The notes beneath the pieces were generated by a model. That model saw nothing but the letters and a program-made list of their open reading frames with translations, was not told the origin of the DNA and ran no database searches. Position numbers and translations under genes: made by a program. 64,000 nt of DNA from Chrysomallon squamiferum (taxonomy: Eukaryota; Animalia; Mollusca), in contig CM022675.1 of the NCBI GenBank assembly GCA_012295275.1, positions 6,448,001 to 6,512,000 on the forward strand, in the 5' to 3' direction. Below, piece after piece: positions 34,108 through 51,472 of this stretch. Every line of letters begins with the position of its first letter. Position 1 is the first letter of the stretch.

Positions 34108-34191
34108 TGTGCTTGACGCCCAACAGCCGATGTAATTTTGGTGCTAGAGTGTCATTAAATATTCATTCATTCATTCATTCATTCATTCATT
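34108..34191 (+). mobile_element. 3' end relic of a SINE-like element with (ATTC)n tail
   Basis: TTGACGCCCAACAGCCGATGT...GTGCTAGAGTGTCATTAAA followed by (ATTC)n. Resembles SINE 3' tails recalled from gastropod genomes; not verified by search. Confidence 0.5.
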
Positions 34192-36186
34192 TACTGCATT
34201 AGATTAATTGCCATATAGGTTTTTAGCCAAGTGGGCAGTTTCTTTTCAAAAATGGTTTTGTTATATGAAGAATTTTAGAGTGCTTTTCTGGCCATACTTG
34301 GGTAAGCAACAGTCAACTGACAATTACGAAATTGTGTTTGACAGGCAAACAGGATAATTCAGTTAACAGGAACTTTTAATATATGAACAGATTAAAGATA
34401 ATGAGTGCCAAGTCTTTCCATTGTGGTTTGTTTGATCATGAGAATTTTACCAAAAATCAATATTTTAATAATAATAATTGCTATTTCATTTTGGATTAAT
34501 TTGCCCATATATTTGTTTAAGAACCTTTTCCCCAAACGTTGACAGATGTAGAAACAAATACACAACATAAGCATACACACACACATGCATACACACCCAC
34601 ATACACAACCACACAGACGTGTGTGGGTGTATATGTATTTATGTATGTATGTATGTATATAGCTGCAAAATATTACTTGTCCCTTTCCTCAAATTGTTTT
34701 GGTCAGTTACTAAGTTGACCCTCAAAAGCCAAAAGGTAAATTTGCTCACCCAGCCTTGGTAATTGAATATGATATGAAATCACTTGACTTTTTGTAAAGT
34801 AATCAAATAATAAATAACCCTTTATGTTCTCTCAGTCTTACGCTCAGCTGCTTTTTTTTTTTTTTTCGCTTTTATCCATTGACTGTAAATCTGATCGTAT
34901 CGTTCTTCTATAGAAAATGTACAGAACATGTATCTAGATGTTAAAATAGATGCTATTTCATAGCTAGCTGGGAGTGGTATAGTAGGTCAGACCAGTATTT
35001 GGTTGAATAATTTCCAACGAGTAAAGATACAAAGTCATGTTTGTCCCGTGACTTGAATAACTATTTAAAAGCAACAATAAACGAAGTACAAACCTAGAAG
35101 CCTTCTAAAATATTCTGTAAACCCAACGTGTAATAAACCCATTTACTGGCTTTTAAAATTATTATTCAGGTGCGGGGAGAAAAAAAGAGGAAAAATATGT
35201 CCTATAAAAAAAAAATACTGAAAGCAAATGAGTACTGCAACGTTATAAATGTATGCTGTTTACTGTAACAGTGAAATTTCGATGATTTTACGAATACTTT
35301 CACAGTACTATTTCCCTCAAGCTATAAATAGCTGCCTGGTTAGCTGCTAGCCATATGATGATATAAAATAGGTCACAACAGAAATGAGTGATGCTTTAAA
35401 ATGTGTTAGTCAGTGTGAGTTTTCACAAATCCTCGATATTAATGTCCAGTCATTTTTTTTTAATTCAACGTTTAACTTTATTTTGCATTATACGTATTAA
35501 ATTCCTCCTTGCATCCCACGATAAAACTTAGCTGTTTCCCTTCTTAATACAATGCAGAGTGCAGGCTGCAGATCAAGTCAGTTAAGCAGCACCAATCATC
35601 GGTGCTTCTAACGAATTATTTCCCATTCCAGACACTAGTTAGTTGTTTATCAAAGGAAAAGATCTGAGGTTTCCTGTCTATGGCAAGGTGCATAAAAAGA
35701 AAGTTTCCCCTCACTGTTAAAATAGCCCAATGGTTTCTTCCCTGTTAAGTCTTACAAAACGAAGTATCCGTGGTTGCAGTCAATGTTCGGTATCTTTACA
35801 CAAATATTTATTCATTCATTCAACGACCAAAGTGACGCTGTTTGTTCAGCCTGACTTAACGATTTAGAAGAACAATATGTTAGTGCTATTCGTTCGCTTT
35901 TGACATAATAGTTGCATATTTTCTTTTTTCCTGTCAGATCTCGAGGTTCTGGAATTGAATCGGTCACGCATTAGTTGTTTATCAAAGACCGTGATACGTG
36001 GCAATAATAGCTGAAGGAGTTACTCACTTATTAAATCATAGTTACAAAAACAGGTTTCAGATGTCTAGTAACCGTCAGTATAAATATCGGTGTGGGACTA
36101 CGTGTGAATAAATAAATAAAACAACAAATAAATAAATGAAAAAAACAACAACATGCATACACATCAAGAGTTTAAAATGAACCATC

Positions 36187-36222
<36 letters not shown>

Positions 36223-36624
36223 GTAAAACAGTAATGAAAAATAAATAAAATAAAATGATCCCTTTGGTGTCAGATTATAACATTACATACATTTGTATTT
36301 CAACCAATATATGTCACAGCTGGGCAGTAAATAAAATTGTTATTACACCTTTCATATAATGATGTATGTGGCACGTTATCGCTAAAGCTTTTAGTAGCTT
36401 TACATCAACGATATTAAAATAAATGAAAAATAATCAATGCATTTAATTTACCATTCACTACTCCGCCTTTATAAGCAATACAAACACACAGAACAACGAA
36501 AAGGGCAGCTACTAACTAACTAGATGTAAGGTTCAATCGCATTCGCTTCGCCTATTCGATTATATTCCGTTTCAGTCAGTATCTCCCCAAGACAGATTAA
36601 TAATCCAGTCTTATGATGTGTGTG

Positions 36625-36655
<31 letters not shown>

Positions 36656-37163
36656 TTGTCGTTTAGGGGAAGGTTTATTTAAAATAATTGTTACTGCTAA
36701 TCGGTAAGAGTAAGCCTTGGAAAGACGACAGCGGGGGTTATCTATGATATTATAACAGTTATATAAGAACTGTGGACATACATTTAATAACACAATGTCA
36801 AAACGTATTGAGTTCTTGTTAAACAATGAAAGAAAGGTTTATTATGATAATAAAGTATTACATGTGAACTCGGAGCCTTTGGTTCATCTTGTTTTAAATA
36901 AATATTTGAGAAGTTATCATTGCTTTGTCCTGATTTCTTTTTTCTTTTCGTTTTTTGTCATTATGTAAATTTTATTTATTTATTTATTTATTGTGTTTGT
37001 TTCTTTCTTTGTCGGTTGGTTTGTATTTCTTCTTCCAATATCTTGGCAAACGTTCAGACATATTTTTGATAAATGCTGGAGAAAATATCCTGGTTTTATT
37101 ATGATATACACAAAATTACTTAACATTTATTTATTTAATATTTTATTTGCAGTTCTTTTTCAA

Positions 37164-37577
37164 ATGTCCTGGCAAGCTTACATCGATCGACTGGTAGCTG
37201 GTAAAGCGGAATGCTCAGCAATTCACGGAAAAAATGGCGCTCCTTGGGCATGTACCCCTGGTATGAGCATCCAGCCAGACGAAGTAATTACATTAGTTAA
37301 TGCCATTGCGAAAAACGACCAGAACGTCTACAGCAACGGCGTTGTGGTTAACGGCAAAAGATGGGCTGTTGTTAGAATGGAACCAGACGTAGAACTTATG
37401 GTTTTGAAAGGAAAAGAAACAAATAGAGACTTGGATAATCGACACCAACACTTGATCGTGGCGGTTTCCAACCAAGGGGTTATTTTTGGTGCCAATAAAG
37501 ATGAAAATGTTCGAGCAGGACAGATAAGAGATACCGTAGAGAGACTTCGTGATTATTTAAAACAATGTGGATACTAA
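37164..37577 (+). CDS. Profilin family protein, second paralog (137 aa, intronless CDS)
   Basis: MSWQAYIDRL...AIHGKNGAPWA...GVVVNGKRW...SNQGVIFG...VERLRDYLKQCGY. Acceptor TTTGCAG at 37152. Candidate upstream donors at 36526 and 36704, and a TATA-like TTTATAA at ~36468. Confidence 0.93.
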   Translation: MSWQAYIDRLVAGKAECSAIHGKNGAPWACTPGMSIQPDEVITLVNAIAKNDQNVYSNGVVVNGKRWAVVRMEPDVELMVLKGKETNRDLDNRHQHLIVAVSNQGVIFGANKDENVRAGQIRDTVERLRDYLKQCGY

Positions 37578-37684
37578 CAGCATGTAGGGCGACACATTAA
37601 TGTTGTTAAGAAAATAATGAAGTTTTTAGCGCTGCTGATATACATATTAAGATCATCGTCAGCCTTATATCACTGCCTGTAATA

Positions 37685-37687
<3 letters not shown>

Positions 37688-37763
<76 letters not shown>
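37688..37763. repeat. (TTA)n microsatellite in the profilin-2 3' region
   Basis: Direct observation. Confidence 0.95.
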
Positions 37764-37764
<1 letters not shown>

Positions 37765-37862
37765 CTTTTCTTTTTAATTATCATTTTATAACAATTCTTA
37801 AACATCACTAATTATCTGCCGATTTTTTCATTTGCACTATACTAGTCATATTTTTTCTTTTC

Positions 37863-37898
<36 letters not shown>

Positions 37899-39738
37899 GT
37901 TTTCTTTAAATTTTTAACTTTGTTCTCTTTATTATTATTATTATTATTATTATTTATTATTAGGCCACAGAGGGAAAAAAAGAAAAATAAAACTTGTTTA
38001 GCGTCCCGCTCTTCCGCCCTGAAAAATTTACGCGACCTCCAAATAATGTTTATATTTTTTATTTTTCCAAAAACCTTACAAATGAAGTGTAAACATGCAA
38101 AACGTTTGCCTGGCTGTTATAGTTTTTGCACAGCAACTTTTTGTTTGTAACAAACATTTTCTCTTACGCAATTTCTCACTCGAAAGTGTTTGTGGCCTTT
38201 TGTACTTTTCTATCATGCCTTTTGACCTTGAATACAATGATTAGGTGCCCTTATGTTACACTCAACATCTCTACATTCAAAATAAATAATAATAATAATT
38301 TAAAAAAAAAAAACATCCCAGCTTGAATTTTTTTTTTTTTTTTTTTTTTTTTTGTGGGTGTACGCTAAACAAGTATATATTTTTTAATGTGGCCTTGTTA
38401 TTACTGTTACTTTGTCAAAAGATACATGTATTACGCTCTTTGTATGTCTGTTGTTTGCAGTTAACATGATTAGTTATTTTTGGTAGCTGTAGTTAAAAAG
38501 AAATAAATATGTCCTACCTCGTAGGAGTATTTACTTTCATCATTTATATTAGAAAAGATATAGGAAATTGAATTGTAAAATATTCTTTATTAATTACAAA
38601 TAATCAAAAATAAATAAATAGACGATAAAGACACCAAAAATATTTAATATGACATGCAAATTTAAATAAGATGGACAGAAAAAAAAATCACACTAATAAA
38701 AGAGCTAATAAGACATTATATTAATTTTTGTTTCCTTTCCGTCCAGCCTTAACTAATAACGAAGTATATTAACAACAGGGAAATACAATTTTAAAAATAT
38801 ATGGACGCCACCATTTTATGTAGTGACGTTACTGCGAAGATAGCAGGATGATTTGCTATAAAATATCTTGCAGTGTTGACAGAAATATGAAAGTTTTTGT
38901 TAGATCATTTATTTATACCGCTACTGGTATACTTTAAATTTTCCTCTAAAGCAGTAATTTATAGATAAAAACACATGAGTAATTTAAACATATTTAAATA
39001 GGCTTTATAAAAAAAAATGTCGCCTAATGATAGTTTGACATTTGCATAGTTCCGTGTCTGTTGTGAGAAATAGATTTGTGGTTAAAAAAAATTGTTTTTA
39101 TAGTTATTAAAGGTTTTATTTATGTATTTATTTATTATTATTAAACGGTCATTAACATTATTAATATTAAGGTTGTGTAACATGAAATAGAGTTGTTTTA
39201 AAACATTATTCGATAATTAATTAGTTATTTTATAAAAGATATTTTTTTAAATGAATACTCAGATTTTTATTGATAAATATATATTTTCAAACTAAGTTTG
39301 CTTTATTTTCCTTAATTTTGAGAAATTATTCTAAATTTAATAAATTTATTGGAAAAGGAAGAGTAAAAAATGTATTTATATCAGGATTTCCTACTTTCAT
39401 GTTTACTTTTTTCTTTTTCTTTAAGAAACTTTCAAAGCAACAAAAAAGACATCAGTTCAGGGCATTATTTTTATTTGTCGTGTTGTGAAATCAATTCTGT
39501 ACGATCTTACGTTACAATGATAAAAATAATTTTCTAGTATTACACAGCAGGAGCAGAAATCTAAGAAATACTAATTTAACTTAAATGTCAGTTAGAAATA
39601 ACTGTATAGCAGCGTTTATCGATTTTTATTAATACGCCGAACAGACATCTTTGTAACATAAATAAAAGCATTCATGTTAACCTTTTATGACGTAAACATA
39701 GTGTCACACTGATTTCGTCATTTCTTAAATGTTGGTCT

Positions 39739-39779
<41 letters not shown>

Positions 39780-41380
39780 TTGTGAATCCGTCCGAAAATG
39801 TTCTATTTTGTGTAAAACGAGTCAAAATGTCATAGAAATTATTAAATTTTATGTATCGATTTGTTTTGTTTTGTTATTTTTGTTTGTGTTGAATGAAGTA
39901 TGGTGAAAAAGAAGATTTTGAGGCCAAGATTCCTGATAAAAATAAGATTAACTTTGGTTATTTTAATACTGACTAATTGATTGATTTTGTTGTTGTTGTT
40001 GTTGTTGTTAGTAGTAGTAATAGTAGTGGTATTTTATTCATTATTATTATTAATTATTTTATTTAATTTATTTTTCAGTTCTAACACTATACTATTATTA
40101 CTACAACAACAACAACTTCAACTACAACTTCTACTAATTCTACTAATAATAATAGTAATAAATTATAAATTCAGATAGGTTTATTGAGCCCCCGTTTGTA
40201 AAAACGATCTTTCAAGGGTTGAGGCGACGCAGGTTAACTCCTACTTGAAATGTTCCTTGGACTCATTCCCGTTCTTACCAGTGTGCCACCCTTAGTTTAT
40301 CTAAATATTTAGTATCTCCAATCAAGTCACTGAAAATGTGCCTATAATAGTTTTGTTATTGTTATTCTTGGTCTTCAAATTATTGTGAACAAGGCCTAAA
40401 TTCTTTGTTAGCTAAAGGTAGAATTAATGAAGTGATATATAGATAAACATAATCCGTAGTCCTTATCATGCTGATGATGATGATAATAATAGTAATAATA
40501 ATAATAAAGATAATTAGCATGAAGATAGCCTGTAATTACTGTTTCAAAACATTCTTTTGTGATAGCACGCAGTTACTCTTAATTCCATAAAATGTAATGA
40601 TATATATATAATATAGTCATAGTTGTATAAATTTAGCTTGATTATTCGCAAATTGTATATGTATGTATGTATGTATGTGTATGTATTATATATATGTATG
40701 TATGTATGTATATATGTATATGTATATATACACACATATAAACACACACATTATCATTTTCTCCCACTGATTTTGCTATCTTTATTAATTTAAATACTTG
40801 GTAAAGTTAGTCCTTGGCACCACGTCCAAATATCCAGGCCGAAAGAAAGTGGACTTAGTCAAAGTCTCCAAAACGGTGATATAACATCTTCTTCCCTGAG
40901 AGTTGGGTTCAGCTGCCAAAGGGCTCAGATTACACGGAGGCCTAAAGGCTACGCCACGACCATCCTTGTTTGTTTGTAGATATATGATAACAATCTGTTA
41001 GGAAAGAATCTTAAGGAATAACTCAGTTGTCGTTTCTTGTATTGAACGTAGAATTAGCTTCCACAGCAATATGCGCGAGCATAATGACTCTGTTAGCTGT
41101 CAGGAATGATGATTAAAGAATTCCACAGTGACTAGAAGGCATAAATCAGAATGCATTAGTTTTTACTTAATTTCATAATCACAGTAAAATACATATAATT
41201 TCTTTTATAGATAGACTGATAGATAGATAGATATAGATATAGATATACAGATATACATATATCGAAATATTTGCATATTGTAATAGACAAAAACTATTTT
41301 AGGTTTATTTTTATTTTAAAAAATAATAAAGTTAGGTTTAAAAATTATATTAAGTTATTCCTTTATAATAATAATAATAA

Positions 41381-41420
<40 letters not shown>

Positions 41421-42349
41421 TTTCTTTACAAACATATTGAAATGATGATGATGATGATAATAATAATAATAATAATAATAATGAATATATAATAAGAATG
41501 GTCTTATCAATATAACTGTAACAGCAGTGGTTGTTATACTTTTAGAGGTAATTGTAATAACTGTATTCATAGATCAAGTACTGTATAGAGTAAATATGTA
41601 AATAAATTCATGTACTCTATTTTATTTGTTTAGTAACCTTGTAACCAGTCTGGCGTTATAAAAACGATACTAACAAAATACCATAAAATACCCATGCTGC
41701 TTAGCGTTTGTGGCAAATCCACTGCAATGGAAGATTTATGCTATGTACTTTCTTTACCGTAAAGACTAACAATAAATAACAATACTGCTCCTAGCAAACA
41801 GAGAAGACGTTTCAGTTTGAAATAACTGGGTTTTCTTTTTCGAAAATTCTGTCGAATCGAGGCTTTTTGGAAACACAAAAGCTGCACACATTAAACACAA
41901 GAATTTGTGCGCCTCTCTTTTGCGGAGGTGTCTTCAAATATTTGCTTTTATCTTGTATGTAAATGGGAGATTTACACTCTTTCGGTTTGTTTGAGCGAAA
42001 GTGTAGGTCGCAGGTAAAAAGCTATTTCACCTTGACTTAAAGACGTGTTAGCAACCTTGTTTGGCTCCCACTGGCCAAAACCTGCACGCCACTTCCAGTA
42101 CGAAAATGGATTAGGAGATTAAATAAAAGTCTGAACATACATGGATAACATGATCAGGTGCATGAGCACCGCTGAAACAATTTCGCTATGTATAATTTTT
42201 TTGAAGTTTTTATTTTGAATTCACTACGATTTTGGACGATGCATACATTTCATTGAAGGTTACCTTTATATTATGACCATAATCAATTTTCATCTTTTAC
42301 TTGTTACTATATATATGACCCTGTCCGTTTTGTAAATTGTTTACCTTTA

Positions 42350-42388
<39 letters not shown>

Positions 42389-44174
42389 TAAAACAAACTT
42401 TAATTATTTTTATTATTGTATCAATGAAAAAAAGAAGAAAGTAAATAAATAAATAATAATAAGAAGAATTAACAGATCTGTAATTTCATACATGTATTAA
42501 AGAGCCGGTGCACTCTTTTTTTTTTTTGTAGTTTTCTTTAAAAAGCATTTTGAAATGATTATTCAGTAATTTCACAATAATGATTACTAACCCATTGATG
42601 CTTCCTTGAATTTCCCTTCACATTTTATTGAACTGTTAAAAATAATATCGTTTTTTTTTAAATATTTTTTATTTTTGTCAAATCATCAAAAAGAAGAAAA
42701 AAAAAAAAAAAAAAAAAAGAACAAATCCCCCCTTCTAAATTTCGTTCACATTTTTGTTGTTGTTGTTTATCTCTCGCCTCATTCCAGTTCCGCCACATCT
42801 GCCTGTTAAGAAGTAAACGTTTGCTTCCGACGACTGTTGTGACGGATTTGTAAATCAATGACAACGACATTTGCTTATCGTTCGTGCCATTTGGGATAAA
42901 GAGATCTGTTGAGGTCAGCATTTATTCCATTCTTTAAAACTTGGATCGCTTAGCCTTTCACAGATTGTAGAGGAGGCATATGTTTTTCTTTTCACTTTTC
43001 TCTTTGAGGTTTTCGGTTCGGCAGAGTGGAGAGATAGGGTCATGTTACCGTCTTCAGTTAATAAACACCGGTGTATATATGTTAATACCTCGGAGAGAAA
43101 AGTTTACCCTCGGTCTCGTCGGTGTTTATCTAAGTAACACACTTTTGGCCTACTTGTTGCACTGTGCAGCGTATTTTTAAAAACATTTTTTTTTTTTTTT
43201 TTTTTTAAACTGATTCCTAATATTTGAAATACTTCGAATAAATAGTTCCCTTCGAATTTTATATATATATATATAATTTTTGTGATTTTTTTTTTTTTTT
43301 TTTTTTTGGGTTTTTTTTTTTTTTTTGGTGAATTTTGCTAATTATAATTATATAATTATATATACTAGCTATTTTCAGATTATTATGGTGGTTATGATTT
43401 TGATAACTTGTTTATCAACATCTCATTATCATTATTGGGAGAAAAAAAAAAGTAATAATATTAATCATAAAAATAGAAAAATAAATAAACTTATAAAAAT
43501 AAAACAAATATAAGAATGAATTAATCATTTTAATAATACATTTAAAAAAAAAAAAAATGATATGGTGGACTGTGGTAACAGATGGAAGGATAATATGAAA
43601 AGATGCTACTTAGTCCATAGCCTGGTGCTAGTTGTTGCTAATGATGTGGTTTCCATTTTCTGCACTTAATAACCATCCTTTTTCTCTTTTTCACTCACAC
43701 AACACATACACACACATATTCTCTTAGATATACACCAACTAGTATGTACACCTTTTCCATTTCCCCCCTTCTTTTTCAGAAAAATAAATAAATAAAAAAT
43801 ATAAAATAATACATATCGTATATACTACTACACATCCGTTTTTCATTTTCCTTCAGTTTCATCTTGTTACAGCAGAATTTATTATTTCAGACAGGTTAAT
43901 TCTTAGTCAAGTAGCAGGTAAAAGAATGTAAAGAAGTTACATCTATTCTGTGATATATATAGTATGTTTGTTTTGGGGTTTTTTTTTTTGCAAACCTTTC
44001 TTTACTGTACAAACAGGAAATCTGAAACAAATTTGAGAGAAGTTTTTTTTTTCAATATATGTCATAAAAATGGGAAAAGGTCATTTTGTCTTTGCAAGCA
44101 ATGAAAATTAAATAGTACACTATGTATTCAATAATCAAAACTGAAATTAACCACACATAAATCTGTATACATCC

Positions 44175-44219
<45 letters not shown>

Positions 44220-46410
44220 CACAACAAAGTACTTGTAAAAATAACGTAAATTAAACGTAATACTTGCACATACTAGTCTAAACCTACAGAATATTGGAAA
44301 TTAAATACACACATACTATTCAGTATATTCAAAACTAACAACGAAGATACACCCATACACCTGACACATTTATCTAGACATTAATCCAAACCACAACACA
44401 CACAGAACACCAATCTACAAAAACAACATTAAAAAAAGTACAAACACTATATAATTTCAAGGCAACAATAAAAATCTCTCTTACACACACCCACACACAG
44501 ACTCATTGTCTACAGAAGTAAAAATAACTTAAAAATTAACCACACATATACCAATACAAAGTATGTACAGAACCAATTTCACACACATGTACTTAACAAT
44601 AGTAAAATAACACTGAAAATTACTCATATATAAAAACTATTCTACACAAAAATAACAATTACTGAAGCATAAATGACATACACATACACATAAAACTGTC
44701 TAAACCATTAATACAGCTCTTTGAATCGGCCACATAAACCCCATTATTCTGCATCATCAAAAATATTCATTTCCAGATTCATGAACTATAATTTCAAAAT
44801 AAAATGAAAATCGTGAACTCATGCATACATGAATCTGTATGTATGTATGTATGTATATATATATACCCATTATCCTACATCATGAAAAATGATTGCAGAT
44901 GCATGTACTCTGCATTTTCAAAATAACAATGAAAATCACACACACACACATTCTCAGCACTAGTAAAAATAACTTTCAAATATAAGCACACATAAACCAT
45001 TTCTGCAACACAACAAAAATAGTACACATGCCCTCATGCATGTACAAGCTCACACACACACACAGAATACACATACAAATTATATAAACTGAATTACTCT
45101 GTGATCCAAAATAACCCAGTACTTATTTGATCATTTCTGCAACACAAACTAACTTTCCAGACAGCAAAGAGAGAAAGTCAAGTACTCTAGGAGAGATAGA
45201 GAAACAGCAGTAGGTCTTTCTAAATTGGAATCATGATTTCTATTTTTAGAAACCAGCGTGTTCATCATTCATCCTACTAGCAAGGTCTTACTGAGGCCTA
45301 AGTTGGGTACAGGGGAAAAAAAAAAAAAAAAATAAAAATTCCAAAAATATTTTACAACTTTGCCAGATTTAGATTCAGCACACAACATGGACGTAAAAAT
45401 AGACGTAAACTTTCTTACTTTTTTTTTTTTTTTTTTTTGTTAAGAATTATAAGATCTGATTTATTGGAACCAAACTCCATTATTTATTTTATTTATTTAT
45501 ATTTTTAAGAAAACCCAGTTTGAAATAATAATAATAATAATTTTTTTACAACAACCCACATTACAATCATATGTGTGTGTGTGTGTGTGTGTGTGAGCAA
45601 ATGTTTTAAAAAAACCAACAAATAAAACTATTAATTTAACACCCATTAAAAAAAAACAATATCATAATAAAAAAAAAAAAATTTAAATTAAATAAATAAG
45701 ATAAACAAGAAAGGAAATTTTTGAAAATAATAAAATATTGACTTTGTGTTTAAAATAAATAAAATAAACACATACATTTCAAATAGTATTTATTCACAAT
45801 GATAAATGGCAACAGGTTTCACCTATCAACAGGAATTATTGTTTTTTAAATTAATGTTAATGATTTATATGAACTGAAAAATGATGTGATGTTTAATTCA
45901 ACATTTTTAGGCATCAAAATATTCAGATTCTAAATGGTTTAGTCCAATCTCAGAAACTGAAAAATTATAGTTATGAGTCCATTGCATAATTTTATTTCAT
46001 AAAGAATAAAGGTCCAATGTTCAGATATGTTTTGACAAAGTTTAGTTAGATAAAGATGTAAAAATATTCAATTTAAGTAAATAAAAAATTAAAAAATTAA
46101 AAAAAATTAACAAACAGCTTTTTAGGCTACTGAATGTCAGCATTATTGTGGTATACAAAAACAGGGTAAAAATTTATTTATTTTGTTTACTTATTCTCTG
46201 TTTCATGTGACATGTAAAGTTAATAAAAACAGTTAATACAGAATGACTCAGAAAAAAAAAAAAAAAATAAAATGAATAACAGAGGTCATGCACAAAATTT
46301 ACAACTTTTTTTTTACATAAAAGTATTTTTAAAAACCCGGCTCATTGATGGAGCAAATATTTGTGTAAATCAATCGAATTCTCCAATTCTCGAAGTGACA
46401 CCACAAAATG

Positions 46411-46441
<31 letters not shown>

Positions 46442-46809
46442 ATCCAGCAGACCCTGTAGCCTAAATTATACTTAATTATTAGGAAAGAATGGTTTTCAGC
46501 AACAAATAAAAGATCACAAAAAAACCCACCAAATTTATTTTGACTGATAAGACAGATATATATATATATTTCAAGACTTGTTTCATTATTTAAGAATAAG
46601 AATGCTAAATATTTTGCAGTCTTTCATGACTTGACATAAACTATCATTACAAGAATCTCTGGACCATATTTTATTTACTGTTATTTTTACACAAAAGTCA
46701 CTAATGAAATGTGGAAAATGTGGAAACTGAAAACTGTCTTGAAATGCCAAAAAATGTGATTTTCAGTGCAATCTGTATAACTGTTTTACGCTATGTTTAT
46801 GGATCGTGA

Positions 46810-50758
<3,949 letters not shown>

Positions 50759-50869
50759 GTTAGTTATTCGGTGCCAAGTGTTTTCGTTAAATGCTAAGCT
50801 ATTGGATGCCTGTTAATGTTTAACCAATGAAGTACGATGTAATTGCATTTAGGCAGGTTCCTAACAAAA
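50759..50869. promoter_or_regulatory. Compact bidirectional promoter PSMA2/MRPL32
   Basis: Only 111 nt separate the two ATGs. Oppositely oriented CCAAT boxes (ATTGG 50801, CCAAT 50824). YY1-like AAAATGGCTGCC overlaps the MRPL32 ATG. Confidence 0.85.
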
Positions 50870-51385
50870 ATGGCTGCCCCCAGCACGATGACTCGGCTGA
50901 TATCCTTTATACAGAAATCAGAACGTGCAGTTTATTATTGGTTGACTGGAATGCGACCGCCTGGTTGGTTACATAATATTGCTGTCATTTATAATTCAGA
51001 TAGTCAAATATTAACATTAATGTAATAAGAATAAATCTCGTTTAAATGGTTACCCTCTAACCTGAAAACATAACGTGACAAGATATCGAAGAGTTTTAAT
51101 TTCGTATAATTAAATTTGTTAAATAAAGACAGTAATAATCAATTCACTTGAATATATTTATCCTGAAATATATATGTACATAAACAAAAACTCTCACAAA
51201 TCTTCTTCTTTTTTTTTTTTTTCCTCACAATTATATTATTTTCAATAAAAATATAAAAGGGTCAAAAGGTCAGTAAAGCCATTCAACAGTATTATTTTGC
51301 TACCTCTTTTGAGTTTTAACTATGTATAAACACATGTAGTTCCATGTGATCTGTAACGCTTTCAGATCACTTTACAAATATACCC

Positions 51386-51472
<87 letters not shown>

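Noticed and set aside
40897-40912. GAGAGTTGGGTTCA, resembling the telomerase RNA P6.1 hairpin
   Set aside because: No CTAACCCTAA-type template, pseudoknot or H/ACA domain at suitable spacing.
42943-42955. GGATCGCTTAGCC, resembling the SRP RNA Alu domain
   Set aside because: No other SRP features (5' GCCGGG, helix 8 motif) are present.
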